Below, piece by piece: positions 16,376 to 26,224 of a stretch of 64,000 nucleotides of DNA (position 1 is its first letter; each line of letters opens with the position of its first letter). A program made the position numbers and the translations under genes. The DNA is from Chitinophagales bacterium. Lineage in GTDB: Bacteria; Bacteroidota; Bacteroidia; Chitinophagales; Saprospiraceae. The stretch is taken from contig JBBRVQ010000015.1 of the NCBI GenBank assembly GCA_038246735.1, positions 9,200 through 73,199 of the forward strand, read 5' to 3'. The notes under the pieces were generated by a model, which was not told where the DNA came from, searched no databases, and saw only the letters and a program-made list of their open reading frames with translations.

Positions 16376-17227
16376 TTGAAAGCTTCTTTATCAATTTTGG
16401 TTCTATCAATTTTATTTTTGTATTCCTGTAAGGATGGCTTTAATTTTAATAGAGATACAAAAGACCCAATCATAGCTAGGGTAGGAGAAAGAAATCTATT
16501 TAAATCACAGATTGCAGAATTAATACATTCCGGAACATCATCTACAGATAGCGCAGCTATTGTAGATGGATTTATTGAAAATTGGATTCGGGAAAATTTG
16601 ATGATACTGGAGGCAGAAAAGAATGTAGCAGCAGATATTAATCTCAATAAACTAGTAGATGACTACAGATCATCATTGTTGGTGTATAATTTTGAGAAGC
16701 GTTTGGTTGACCAAATGCTTGATACCATTATTTCGATGGATGAAAAAAATGATTATTACGAGTCTTTTAAAAATCAATATCTGTTATCGCATCCCATTTT
16801 TAAATGTATCATAGCTAAAGTTTCTGCAAAAGCTTCTGGTCTGAAAGACATAAAAAGTGCATTGGGTAAATCGGATCTTACAGAGTCAATATTTCTGATA
16901 AAGGAAAAAGCAGTGTATCATCATTTGGATATTGAAAGATGGATGACCATAGAAGATCTGGAATCTCTTTTGCCACTAGGGATGATAGAAATTTCAGAAT
17001 TGTCAGGCGGTAAAATATTTCAGAAAAAGGAAAAAGACTATGAATATTTTGTTAAAATTGTAACATATTACGACGAAAAAAGAATTCCTCCGTTTGATTT
17101 TATCGAAGGGAAAATAATAAAAACAATTCTCAGTGAACGGAAGATTGAGTTGCTAAAAAAGTATAGACAGGATTTGTATGACCAGGGCGTATCTGATCAG
17201 AAATTCGAAGTTTTTAAACCGGAATAA
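16376..17227 (+). CDS. lipoprotein, SurA-N-like chaperone domain protein (hypothetical)
   Basis: The TTG start directly follows the previous stop. Lipobox LFLYSC. It lies between two PPIase genes on the same strand. Weak family assignment. Confidence 0.55.
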   Translation: MKASLSILVLSILFLYSCKDGFNFNRDTKDPIIARVGERNLFKSQIAELIHSGTSSTDSAAIVDGFIENWIRENLMILEAEKNVAADINLNKLVDDYRSSLLVYNFEKRLVDQMLDTIISMDEKNDYYESFKNQYLLSHPIFKCIIAKVSAKASGLKDIKSALGKSDLTESIFLIKEKAVYHHLDIERWMTIEDLESLLPLGMIEISELSGGKIFQKKEKDYEYFVKIVTYYDEKRIPPFDFIEGKIIKTILSERKIELLKKYRQDLYDQGVSDQKFEVFKPE

Positions 17228-17235
17228 TTTATCAA

Positions 17236-18591
17236 ATGAAAAGCATAAAATATTTTTTACAAATCTCAATGATGACCATACTTATTAATGGTACCATGGG
17301 ACAATCTATATTGATAGATAAAGTGATAGCTAAAGTAGGTAGTGAACACATCCTGTTGTCTGAAGTCGAGGAAGAATTTTCTTATGCAAAAACCAAGGAC
17401 CCATCATTAACTGATGATATCAAATGTCTTATAATCGATAACATGATAGCTCAGAAATTAGTAATTTATCATGCGAAAATTGATAGTGTTGAGATAGCCG
17501 AAGATGAGGTTGAAACTCAACTTGACTATAGATTTGAGTCCATATTGAGACAAATGAATGGAGATGAAACATTTTTTCAAGACTATTATGGAGCAACCGT
17601 AGCTGAAATGAAAGAGCGATTTCGGGATGACCAGAGACACAAAATCCTTGCAGAAAAAATGCAATACAAACTCATTTCTGAAATTGAAATTACACCCAAG
17701 GAAGTCGAAAAATTTTACAGGGGTGTGCCAACTGATTCGTTGCCATATTTTAAATCTGAAATGGAAATTTCTGAAATTATTCTTACCCCAAAAGTAAACG
17801 ATAATGAAAGAAAAAAGGCATTGGACAAAATTACTGATTTGAGGATAAAAGTAGTATCGGGAGAAACAACTTTTGCCGATGTAGCTTCTAAATATTCTCA
17901 AGATCAGGGTTCTGCAATTAGGGGAGGAGACTTAGGTTTTGCAAAAAGAGGAGTGTATGTGCCTGAATTTGAAGTGACCGTATTCTCTTTGGCAAAAGAT
18001 GAAATTTCAGAAATCATCGAAACAGAATTTGGATTTCATTTTATTCAATTGATAGAGCGAAGAGGAAATACCATCCGGGCAAAACATGTACTTATTAAGC
18101 CTGAAATTACTGCTGATGATTTGACTTTAGCCAAAAATAAGCTTGACTCCATCAGGCAACTTATAGTTAGCGATTCCATGACTTTTGAAGCAGCTGTGAT
18201 GAAGTTTTCGTTAAAAAACTTACCTTCATACAGTAATAGTGGGAGAGTGAAAAATCAAAATACCAATAATACTTTTTTTGCTGCTGATGATCTTGATCCG
18301 GATACTTATTTTGCAATATTTGAGTTAAAACCAAAGCAATTGTCAACCCCATTATCTATACAATTGCCCGATGGGCAGAAGGCATTCAGATTAATAAAAC
18401 TAAATACGATTTCTAAACCTCATAAGGCCAATCTGAAAGAAGATTTTGATAAAATTGCAGGTTTCGCAAAGGAAAGTAAGAAAAACGAATATTTTCTTAA
18501 GTGGCTGAAGAAAAAAAGAGAAGAGACATTTATTTATACAGATCCTATGTTTAAAGACTGTAAATTGGGTGGACAAGGATCAGGGCTGTAG
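17236..18591 (+). CDS. surA: SurA-like peptidyl-prolyl isomerase/chaperone
   Basis: Signal peptide ...INGTMG|QSI, SurA-like N-domain, and parvulin motif GGDLGFAKRGVYVPEFE...EFGFHFIQLIERRG. Confidence 0.75.
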   Translation: MKSIKYFLQISMMTILINGTMGQSILIDKVIAKVGSEHILLSEVEEEFSYAKTKDPSLTDDIKCLIIDNMIAQKLVIYHAKIDSVEIAEDEVETQLDYRFESILRQMNGDETFFQDYYGATVAEMKERFRDDQRHKILAEKMQYKLISEIEITPKEVEKFYRGVPTDSLPYFKSEMEISEIILTPKVNDNERKKALDKITDLRIKVVSGETTFADVASKYSQDQGSAIRGGDLGFAKRGVYVPEFEVTVFSLAKDEISEIIETEFGFHFIQLIERRGNTIRAKHVLIKPEITADDLTLAKNKLDSIRQLIVSDSMTFEAAVMKFSLKNLPSYSNSGRVKNQNTNNTFFAADDLDPDTYFAIFELKPKQLSTPLSIQLPDGQKAFRLIKLNTISKPHKANLKEDFDKIAGFAKESKKNEYFLKWLKKKREETFIYTDPMFKDCKLGGQGSGL

Positions 18592-18608
18592 GATGTAACT
18601 CTTAAAAG

Positions 18609-18682
18609 TGGAGAATACCGGGCTCGAACCGGTGACCTCTACGCTGCCAGCGTAGCGCTCTAGCCAACTGAGCTAATTCCCC
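18609..18682 (-). tRNA. tRNA-Ala (anticodon GGC)
   Basis: The reverse complement GGGGAATTAGCTCAGTTGGCTAGAGCGCTACGCTGGCAGCGTAGAGGTCACCGGTTCGAGCCCGGTATTCTCCA folds as a 74-nt cloverleaf. It has the G3:U70 Ala identity pair and anticodon loop CUGGCAG. CCA is not encoded. Confidence 0.9.
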
Positions 18683-18798
18683 AATCATTTTTTTTGGCTC
18701 GCAAAAGTAAAAATTATTTTTACAAAAGTTATATTTTTAGGTCTTATTTTAAATTCAAAACTAAATACTTGAACTTTAAAATCGTAAACTGATTTAGA

Positions 18799-19800
18799 AT
18801 GACATTCGATAGTATTATGAAAGACCTTAAGGTGGGGAAGTTTCATCCAATTTATTTTCTTTTTGGGGATGAACCGTATTTCATTGATCAAGTATCCGAT
18901 TATCTTGAAAAAAACGCTTTATCAGAAGCTGAAAAATCTTTTAATCAGGTCATATTCTACGGTAAAGATGCGGAGTTCAAAACAATAGTAGATGAAGCCC
19001 GCCAGTTTCCAATGATGGCTTCTAAAAGGGTTGTTATTGTAAAGGAAGCTCAGGAAATGAAAACACTGCCCGAACTTCTGCCATATATTGAAAAACCGTC
19101 TCCGAGTTCAATTCTAGTTTTATGCCACAAATATAAAAAACTGGACAAAAGAACAAAATTTGCTAAAATTTTGGAAGAAAAGGCAGTGGTTTTTGAGTCA
19201 AAAAAATTGTTTGATAATCAAGTGTCACCGTGGATCAGAGACTTCATTAAAGCTAAAGGACTTACTTCAGAAACAGGAGTACCGGATATCATAGCAGAAT
19301 ATCTTGGTTCTGATTTGAGTAAGATAAGTAACGAATTGAACAAACTTATATTAAATTTAAATAATAATACTTCAATCACGATAAGCGATGTAAAGGAGCA
19401 AATCGGGATAAGCAAAGATTTTGATGTTTTTGAATTACAGCGAGTATTGGGTGAAAAAAATTTCGTTAAAGCTGCTATGATCATTAATTATTTTAAAGAA
19501 AATCCAAGCGCAAATCCAGCGGTCATGGTCATCAGTAGTCTCTTTGCATATTTTAATAAAGTAATGATTACAAAATCTCACAGTAGCCTTTCTGATCAGG
19601 AATTGTCAAAACAAACCGGTGTAAATCCATTTTTTCTGAAAGAATATAGAAATGCTGCAAAAAATTATTCTATGGCGCATCTAATAAAAATATTCCAAAT
19701 ATTGAAATCCGCCGACAAAAATTCAAAAGGTATTTCAAGCAGAAGATCGGACGAAGGTGCTATTTTTAAAGATATTTTAATTGCTTGTATGCAGGCATAA
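18799..19800 (+). CDS. holA: DNA polymerase III subunit delta
   Basis: 333 aa. The N-terminus ...GKFHPIYFLFGDEPYFIDQVSDYLEKNALSEAEKSFNQVIFYGKD is typical of HolA. Confidence 0.8.
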   Translation: MTFDSIMKDLKVGKFHPIYFLFGDEPYFIDQVSDYLEKNALSEAEKSFNQVIFYGKDAEFKTIVDEARQFPMMASKRVVIVKEAQEMKTLPELLPYIEKPSPSSILVLCHKYKKLDKRTKFAKILEEKAVVFESKKLFDNQVSPWIRDFIKAKGLTSETGVPDIIAEYLGSDLSKISNELNKLILNLNNNTSITISDVKEQIGISKDFDVFELQRVLGEKNFVKAAMIINYFKENPSANPAVMVISSLFAYFNKVMITKSHSSLSDQELSKQTGVNPFFLKEYRNAAKNYSMAHLIKIFQILKSADKNSKGISSRRSDEGAIFKDILIACMQA

Positions 19801-19936
19801 ACCAAAGTACGGCTATAAACTGAATTATGTCTTATGCTTTGTAGGTGTAACATAAGTCCCATTACTTTTTTAGGAAGTATTTTTATTTTATGTTCTAACT
19901 ACATATTAGTAATCGAGGTAGGTTTTTTTTATTATT

Positions 19937-19984
19937 CAAATGACTTTGACTCCCATGTTGGGTGGGATAAATCAAAGTCATTTG
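19937..19984. terminator. 13-bp perfect inverted repeat between convergent genes (possible bidirectional terminator)
   Basis: CAAATGACTTTGA (19937-19949) pairs with TCAAAGTCATTTG (19972-19984) around a 22-nt loop. A T8 run lies at 19923-19930 just upstream. Confidence 0.4.
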
Positions 19985-20108
19985 AAAATGTGGACAGTTT
20001 GTCTAAGTTTTAAGGTGACCCTAAATCAAATACAGATATGAAATAAGACATACCATTGATCATCTATTCTATTCTTCAAAAATTAAAGTTAAACCTGCTG
20101 TCAAGTTA

Positions 20109-21146
20109 CTATTGGATAAGTATCTTTTTTGAAATTTTATTTTTTCCCTGAATTACAGTTACAATATGAATTCCTTGATTGAAGTTTCCTTCTAAATAAA
20201 TTTTTCGGGAAGAATTTTGATCTGTTATATCTTGAGACACCACAGTTTTTCCTGTGACATCGGTCAAGGTAATTTTTCCATTATTAAATAGCTTCAACCC
20301 CGATAAGTCAACAATGACGCTTCCGCTTTCAGACTGAAATGCATTTATTTCTGAGTTGTCGATATCTTCTGATGATGCTGAAATTCCTACATTAACCATG
20401 TTTGCATTAAAAAACAGATATTTATTAGGTGTTTTATTCCAAATAATACCCACTACTTTATAATTCTCTCTGCTAGATGTAACACCATTCACTGTCGCGC
20501 TTACATTAAAAATAGTTCCTTTTAGTACTGCTCCTTTTTGTAGTGGAGTACCAAAAGTGGTATTAAGTAAACTCCTTCTCAATACTTGTTTGTGTAATTG
20601 CAGGCCAGGTCTGCTTGCTTGAGTATTCATCAAATCTTCCACCAAATATAAACCAAGGTAATAATCCCCATCTGTTACTGGGCTGAAAAATTCAACTTTT
20701 GCATCCACTTTGAGTGTGTTGTTAGTCTGATTCAGAGTGGCATTTATACCTACCCCTGCTATGGTTTCCTGAGTATCTTTAAAATCTATTACCCACTGTG
20801 TTTCTTCCAATTTTTGTGTAATATTATTGCTGTTTACATTTATATCCACACCGTCCTCATAAAATATTGGTTGACCTGAGCCTGTAAAATTTTTTCCGAA
20901 GTCTGCTGCAGTACTATTTGTAAGGCCACCACTATGATGAACAGCCATAAAAATGACATTTTGATTTTCAAATTTTTCAAAAATTTTTGTTTTCATTTCC
21001 CATCCCCATGTCCCGCAAAATGGGCACCAATCAGCCGTACGTTCATGCAATAGGGTCCAATTTTTAGTACTGACTTCCTGACCTACACTCTGATTTAACG
21101 CACAAAATAATACTACAAGTAAAAAAACTACATTCTTCATGTTCAA
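20109..21146 (-). CDS. Omp28-related / thioredoxin-like secreted protein with T9SS C-terminal sorting domain
   Basis: Signal peptide ...ALNQSVG|QEV, the motif TADWCPFCGTWGWE, and a C-terminal sorting-domain-like tail ...GIHIVTVIQGKNKISKKILIQ. Confidence 0.55.
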   Translation of the reverse strand: MNMKNVVFLLVVLFCALNQSVGQEVSTKNWTLLHERTADWCPFCGTWGWEMKTKIFEKFENQNVIFMAVHHSGGLTNSTAADFGKNFTGSGQPIFYEDGVDINVNSNNITQKLEETQWVIDFKDTQETIAGVGINATLNQTNNTLKVDAKVEFFSPVTDGDYYLGLYLVEDLMNTQASRPGLQLHKQVLRRSLLNTTFGTPLQKGAVLKGTIFNVSATVNGVTSSRENYKVVGIIWNKTPNKYLFFNANMVNVGISASSEDIDNSEINAFQSESGSVIVDLSGLKLFNNGKITLTDVTGKTVVSQDITDQNSSRKIYLEGNFNQGIHIVTVIQGKNKISKKILIQ

Positions 21147-21177
21147 ATAATTTTATAATTTTAAAAATTTTAATTTA

Positions 21178-22161
21178 TTAAAAGCTACCATCGGATGTCT
21201 TGTATGCCACTGCCATGACAACTTGAATTACAGCTGCCAGATTATTTTTATCAATGGCAGTAATATTGTCATTATGGGTGTGGTGATAGTCACTAAAGTA
21301 GCCTGACGGCTTGGTTTCAATGATAACAATGCAGGGTATATCTGCAATGGTATTTACGTAATAATGGTCATCTGTAATGGCACCAATCGGTGCATTGATA
21401 AATAAATTCCCTTTGCCCATGACAGCTGCAAGTTCCCACACTTTTTTCTGTACACTACCTGCCATTTTTGCGGAATATTCTTCTTTACTATAGGTCGCAT
21501 TTTTTGCACCTATAAGATCGAGCAATATCCCAAATTCTGGTTTCGTCTTTTGATTGACCACGCTTTTTGACCAAAATTGTGAACCTTGGCACCATGTAAG
21601 ATTAGAAGTGTCGTCTCCCTGGTCCTCTGCATCAAAAAAAACAAAATCAATACCGAGATCTATTGGATGATCCTTTACTAATCGGGCTATCTCCAATAAA
21701 CCTGCTACACCACTGGCTCCATCTACAGCACCTAGTATAGGTTTGTCTTTTTTGCTTTGATCTGCGTCTTTTTCTGCAATTAATCGGGTGTCCCAATGTG
21801 CAAATAGTGCAATTCGCTGTTGAATATCCGGATTTATTTTTGCAATTATATTATATGAGGGTATGTCTTTTTTATTTAAAAAATTGGATTTGAATTCCTG
21901 AACTTCCACAGATGCACCGTAATATTTCATTTTTGAAATTATCCAGTCTTTTGTTTTTATATGACCATCTGTGCCTGGGACTCTTACACCAAAGGACAAT
22001 TGCTTTTCTATAAAAAAATAAGCTGAATCTGAATTGACGGCAGGAACAGTAGCTTTTGTCCTTATTTTAACGGGAACTTCAGCTTTTTCTTTGTTGTCTT
22101 GTTTACAAGATAAGAATCCTGTAAACAATAAAACTATAATTATTAAATATCTACTCTTCAC
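21178..22161 (-). CDS. M28-family lipoprotein, glutaminyl-peptide cyclotransferase-like
   Basis: Lipobox FTGFLSC. M28/QC metal-site motifs are AHWDTR, GAVDGASGVAGLLEIAR, FVFFDAEDQG and YHHTHNDN. About 327 aa, as for Bacteroidota QC. Confidence 0.6.
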   Translation of the reverse strand: MKSRYLIIIVLLFTGFLSCKQDNKEKAEVPVKIRTKATVPAVNSDSAYFFIEKQLSFGVRVPGTDGHIKTKDWIISKMKYYGASVEVQEFKSNFLNKKDIPSYNIIAKINPDIQQRIALFAHWDTRLIAEKDADQSKKDKPILGAVDGASGVAGLLEIARLVKDHPIDLGIDFVFFDAEDQGDDTSNLTWCQGSQFWSKSVVNQKTKPEFGILLDLIGAKNATYSKEEYSAKMAGSVQKKVWELAAVMGKGNLFINAPIGAITDDHYYVNTIADIPCIVIIETKPSGYFSDYHHTHNDNITAIDKNNLAAVIQVVMAVAYKTSDGSF

Positions 22162-22182
22162 TTATTATGCTATTTTAAAAGA

Positions 22183-23664
22183 CTAATTAAAACTCCATGA
22201 AGTCCCTTCTTTTCCATCTTTGATCTGAATATTGATCTCATTGAGTGAATCTCTTATTTTATCTGAAGCGCCCCAGTCTTTATTTTTTCTGGCTTGCTGA
22301 CGTAAATCTATGATAAGATTCATCAGGCCATCTAGCGGACCTGCATTGGTTTCTGACTCATCTTTTAACCCCAAAATGTTAAAAATTATTGTATGCATTG
22401 CAACTTTTATTTCGTCTATTGCTTTGACAGAAATATCAGATAAAGACATTTGACCGTCCTTGAGGTTATTTATAATTGTAACCAGTTCAAATAATCTGGC
22501 CAGAGCTCTGGGCGTATTAAAATCATCATCCATATCTGAATATGCTCCTTCGATGATTTCAGATATTTTGGAATCCAGCGTTGTATCTATACTGCTTTCA
22601 CCTGCAAGTCCCTGCAAATTTTTATGGGCATCCATCAATCTTTTAAATCCTTTTTCTGCTGCCAGAAGAGCCTCATCTGTAAGGTCGTTGGGAGAGCGGT
22701 AATGTGATTGGAGCATAAAAAAACGAACAACCATAGGGCTGTAACCTTTGCTAACGTGCACACTTTCACCATTAAATAATTCTTCCGGAGAAATAGTGTT
22801 ACCATCACTTTTCGACATTTTTTTGCCATTCATCAACAGCATGTTGGTATGAAGCCAGTAATTTGCCGGTTGGCAACCACAGGAACCAACGTTTTGTGCG
22901 ATCTCATTTTCATGATGCGGAAATTTAAGATCATTGCCACCACCATGTATATCAAAGCTTTTTCCCAAATATTTGGTACTCATGGCGCTACACTCTAGGT
23001 GCCATCCCGGAAATCCGACTGACCATGGAGAATTCCATTTCATAATATGCTCATCAGATGCTTTCATCCAGATACCAAAGTCTGAAGGATGATTTTTTTC
23101 ATCCTGATTTTTTAAATTGTCGCGGGACTCTGAAAGTAAATCTTCGATGATTCGTCCAGACAATTTACCATATTCTCCCGTCTTTTCAGCAAATTTAAGG
23201 GTATCAAAGTAAACAGACCCATTTTTTTCGTAGGCATAACCATTGTCCAGTATTTCTTGTACCATTTCGATTTGCTCCAAAATATGACCTGTTGCTCTAG
23301 GCTCAATACTCGGAGGAAGAGTGTTGAAAATACTCATTACATGATGAAAGCCGTTAGAATATTTTTGTGCGACTTCCATAGGTTCGAGATTATCTAACCT
23401 TGCTCCTTTTGACATTCTATCTTCACCACCATCGAGTAGATGTCCTACATCAGTAATATTGCGCACATATCTCACTTTATATCCCAAATATAAAAGATAT
23501 CTGTATATCATGTCAAAACTCATAAAAGTCCGACAGTTTCCTAAATGTACGTCATTGTATACGGTCGGTCCACAGACATACATACCTATATGTCCTTCTT
23601 GGATAGGAGAAAACTTTTCCTTTTGTCTTGTCAGACTATTATATACTATAAGATTTCTGCTCAT
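22183..23664 (-). CDS. cysS: cysteine--tRNA ligase
   Basis: 493 aa with the class I motifs HLGNCRTF (HIGH) and KMSKSDGN (KMSKS), plus GWHLECS. Confidence 0.95.
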   Translation of the reverse strand: MSRNLIVYNSLTRQKEKFSPIQEGHIGMYVCGPTVYNDVHLGNCRTFMSFDMIYRYLLYLGYKVRYVRNITDVGHLLDGGEDRMSKGARLDNLEPMEVAQKYSNGFHHVMSIFNTLPPSIEPRATGHILEQIEMVQEILDNGYAYEKNGSVYFDTLKFAEKTGEYGKLSGRIIEDLLSESRDNLKNQDEKNHPSDFGIWMKASDEHIMKWNSPWSVGFPGWHLECSAMSTKYLGKSFDIHGGGNDLKFPHHENEIAQNVGSCGCQPANYWLHTNMLLMNGKKMSKSDGNTISPEELFNGESVHVSKGYSPMVVRFFMLQSHYRSPNDLTDEALLAAEKGFKRLMDAHKNLQGLAGESSIDTTLDSKISEIIEGAYSDMDDDFNTPRALARLFELVTIINNLKDGQMSLSDISVKAIDEIKVAMHTIIFNILGLKDESETNAGPLDGLMNLIIDLRQQARKNKDWGASDKIRDSLNEINIQIKDGKEGTSWSFN

Positions 23665-23709
23665 TTTATACGTTCAGACATGATAACTAAGTTTTTAAAA
23701 AAAGTGCCG

Positions 23710-23717
23710 CAAAGATA
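23710..23717 (-). promoter_or_regulatory. candidate -7 box for cysS (plus strand CAAAGATA = TATCTTTG on the minus strand)
   Basis: TAnnTTTG match 46 nt upstream of the cysS ATG (23664). Confidence 0.3.
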
Positions 23718-24121
23718 TTATTAATTCATAATATATATTGTTAATTTCTTGTTATAAAGATTGCAAAAATGCTCTTTCAATAATTTTTTTTCAGTTGTTA
23801 TCGAATAATTTTTCTTAAAGACAGAACCTTCTTAATCTCTGCAAGAAAAAGATCCTTAAAATGTCTTTTGAAATATGATGGACATTCTTCGTTTTTTAAA
23901 GATTAAATTTGGCATTTAGACTATGAAGCAGTTGAATGGTAAATGTAAATATGGTCTTCTCCATGAATTAGTAGGGGCAAGTAACTGCCATGATTTTTTA
24001 TCATGCATTTGATGCAAAGATCCAAAAGATTGCGGATTTAATTTATCACATAATCAAAGTATATAAATAATAAAATTTCCAAATCATGATAGATAATTTG
24101 CAGATTTGGGTCTTCTATTTC

Positions 24122-24129
24122 TATCTTTG
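24122..24129 (+). promoter_or_regulatory. candidate -7 box TATCTTTG for fabI
   Basis: TAnnTTTG match 24 nt upstream of ATG 24153. Confidence 0.35.
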
Positions 24130-24152
24130 CATTATATTAAAATAAACTCATC

Positions 24153-24956
24153 ATGGGACATGGACTTTTAAAAGGTAAAAATGGAATTATTTTTGGTGCA
24201 TTGGACCATAAATCTATTGCATGGAAAGTCGCTGAAAGGTGTGTAGAAGAAGGCGCAAATATTGTACTTACCAATGCTCCTGTTGCCATGCGTTTGGGAG
24301 AGATCAGTGAACTTGCTGCTAAGTTGAATTGTGATATTATCCCAGCTGATGCCACTAGTATAGAAGATTTGGAAAATCTTATTGTAAGTTCCATGGAAAA
24401 ATTTGGTGGAAAAATTGATTTTATTTTGCATTCCATTGGTATGTCTGTCAATGTCAGAAAGAAAAAAGATTATACTGATTTAAATTATGAATGGATGAAA
24501 ACCACATTTGATGTATCAGCCATATCATTTCATAAAGTGATGCAGACTGCCATGAAGCATGATGCCATGAATGATTGGGGGTCAATTTTAGCACTTACCT
24601 ATATTGCTGCACAAAGGACATTCCCTGATTATAGTGAAATGGCAGAATCCAAGGCACTTTTGGAAAGTTTTGCCAGAAGTTTTGGATATCATTGGGCAAA
24701 AAAATCACACGTTAGAGTAAATACCATTTCACAGTCACCAACGGTAACGACGGCAGGCTCAGGGGTGAAAGGTTTTTCAGATTTTTTTGGATATGCTGAC
24801 AAAATGTCGCCATTAGGTAATGCAAGTGCTGAAGCTTGTGCCGATTATTGTGTCACTATGTTTTCAGACTTTACTCGAATGGTAACCATGCAGAATTTAT
24901 TTCATGACGGAGGTTTCAGTAGCATGGGTATGGCACCGGAAATATTGGAAGAATAA
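24153..24956 (+). CDS. fabI: enoyl-[acyl-carrier-protein] reductase (NADH), FabI-type SDR
   Basis: 267 aa. The N-terminus LLKGKNGIIFGALDHKSIAWKVAE and overall SDR layout are typical of FabI. Confidence 0.75.
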   Translation: MGHGLLKGKNGIIFGALDHKSIAWKVAERCVEEGANIVLTNAPVAMRLGEISELAAKLNCDIIPADATSIEDLENLIVSSMEKFGGKIDFILHSIGMSVNVRKKKDYTDLNYEWMKTTFDVSAISFHKVMQTAMKHDAMNDWGSILALTYIAAQRTFPDYSEMAESKALLESFARSFGYHWAKKSHVRVNTISQSPTVTTAGSGVKGFSDFFGYADKMSPLGNASAEACADYCVTMFSDFTRMVTMQNLFHDGGFSSMGMAPEILEE

Positions 24957-25398
24957 TTTTAATTATTTACTTGCTATGAACATTTATTTTTAGCTCTTCA
25001 GCTAAAGAACAGGTGAGTTAATTTCTCCCTTTTTAAAAGTGCTCTCAACAAAATTGTATTTTGGAACTATGGACAGATGTATTATTCATATCTGGTCATT
25101 TGTTATGGACTCACAAATGCAAATCCTAGTTTTTTTCCTAGGAGTAAGTGCTTTGGTATGTTTTACCATTTTTATTAAACTGATTGTTCATTAAACTGAG
25201 GCTTTTAAGTATGACATCTTTGGTGTATTTTTGTGATATAAAGATCATTAAAATGTTTTATATTTACCATTTTTATCGTATGTATTTTGATGGTTATTGT
25301 TAGATTATTTGTCCGGCTTTAGCTGTAAACTGCATGTAGCATTTGTAACGGGCAGTTGGCAATTTGTGTACACTTTTTAAAAATTAGAATTAATAAAT

Positions 25399-25878
25399 AT
25401 GAAAAGTATTTCAGTCTTGTTATTTTGTTTGAGTATAACTAGTTGTAATGAATCCGGGAATAAGCAACCAGGCAATGAGAAAGTAATTACATCAATTAAT
25501 GTTGATTCCTTGAATGCGGAATTTCTTGCCGGATGGAATATCAAGGATTCTGTTGCAATAATGAAAACGATTGCGGAAAATGCAGTTGTCATGAATGATT
25601 CTTTAATTCACAAAGGAACAGATGAGATAGCAAATAATTGGATAAGTGGTGGAGTCAAAGTTTTAAGTAACATCAAGACAGTTTCTTCTATTCGAGAAGC
25701 AAATGAGACCTTAGCTTATGATGGAGGTACGTATAGTCTCGACTTAACACCTCCAGGTGGACCCATTCTAAAAGAAAGAGGAAATTATAGTTTAGTATGG
25801 AGAAAACAAAATGTGGGTGATTGGAAGTTGACACTTATTCATATAGAAGATGTAACACGAATGCCGGATATAAAATAA
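25399..25878 (+). CDS. lipoprotein, possibly NTF2/SnoaL-like (DUF4440-like)
   Basis: Lipobox LSITSCNE. Size and pattern (...NAEFLAGWN...GNYSLVWRKQNVGDWKLTLIHIE) resemble the NTF2-like fold. Weak. Confidence 0.45.
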   Translation: MKSISVLLFCLSITSCNESGNKQPGNEKVITSINVDSLNAEFLAGWNIKDSVAIMKTIAENAVVMNDSLIHKGTDEIANNWISGGVKVLSNIKTVSSIREANETLAYDGGTYSLDLTPPGGPILKERGNYSLVWRKQNVGDWKLTLIHIEDVTRMPDIK

Positions 25879-26185
25879 CTTTAGTTAACACGGCCGATAA
25901 CACTTAAGTTCTGGTTGACAAAATTGGTTTGACTGTTGTATTTTCAGTTTTAGTTTGGTAACCAGAGAGTGATACGTGGTGACTTTTGCCTACTTACTTT
26001 TGAAGTTATTTCGAAATTCTTGTTCCTTTTGCAAGCATTTTCGCCAGACGTATGGAATCTTACTTCTTCAACTTTGTTAGTGTACTTGCTAAAAAGACAG
26101 GCTTACAGGGGTGAAACTGAATTACCTTCCCCAAAATCAACCTTTATTCCACCCTGTAAAGTTTGAATAACTGACATTTCCCAAG

Positions 26186-26193
26186 TTAAATTT
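26186..26193 (+). promoter_or_regulatory. candidate -7 box TAAATTTG
   Basis: TAnnTTTG match 32 nt upstream of ATG 26225. It supports 26225 as the true start of the interrupted membrane-protein gene. Confidence 0.35.
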
Positions 26194-26224
26194 GCACATC
26201 GTTTCACTTAAACCTTAAAATAAT

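Noticed and set aside
14417-18591. Three tandem SurA/parvulin-type chaperone genes as a novel system
   Set aside because: Clusters of PpiD/SurA-like PPIase genes are an ordinary feature of Bacteroidota envelope-biogenesis loci. Nothing unusual is seen in their sequences.
25969-26166. ORF 25969-26166 (65 aa) and ORF 63072-63383 (103 aa)
   Set aside because: They show no signal or motifs, have GTG or unclear starts, and are unusually rich in Phe/Leu/Cys as expected for random AT-rich frames. The first lies in the promoter region of the gene at 26225.
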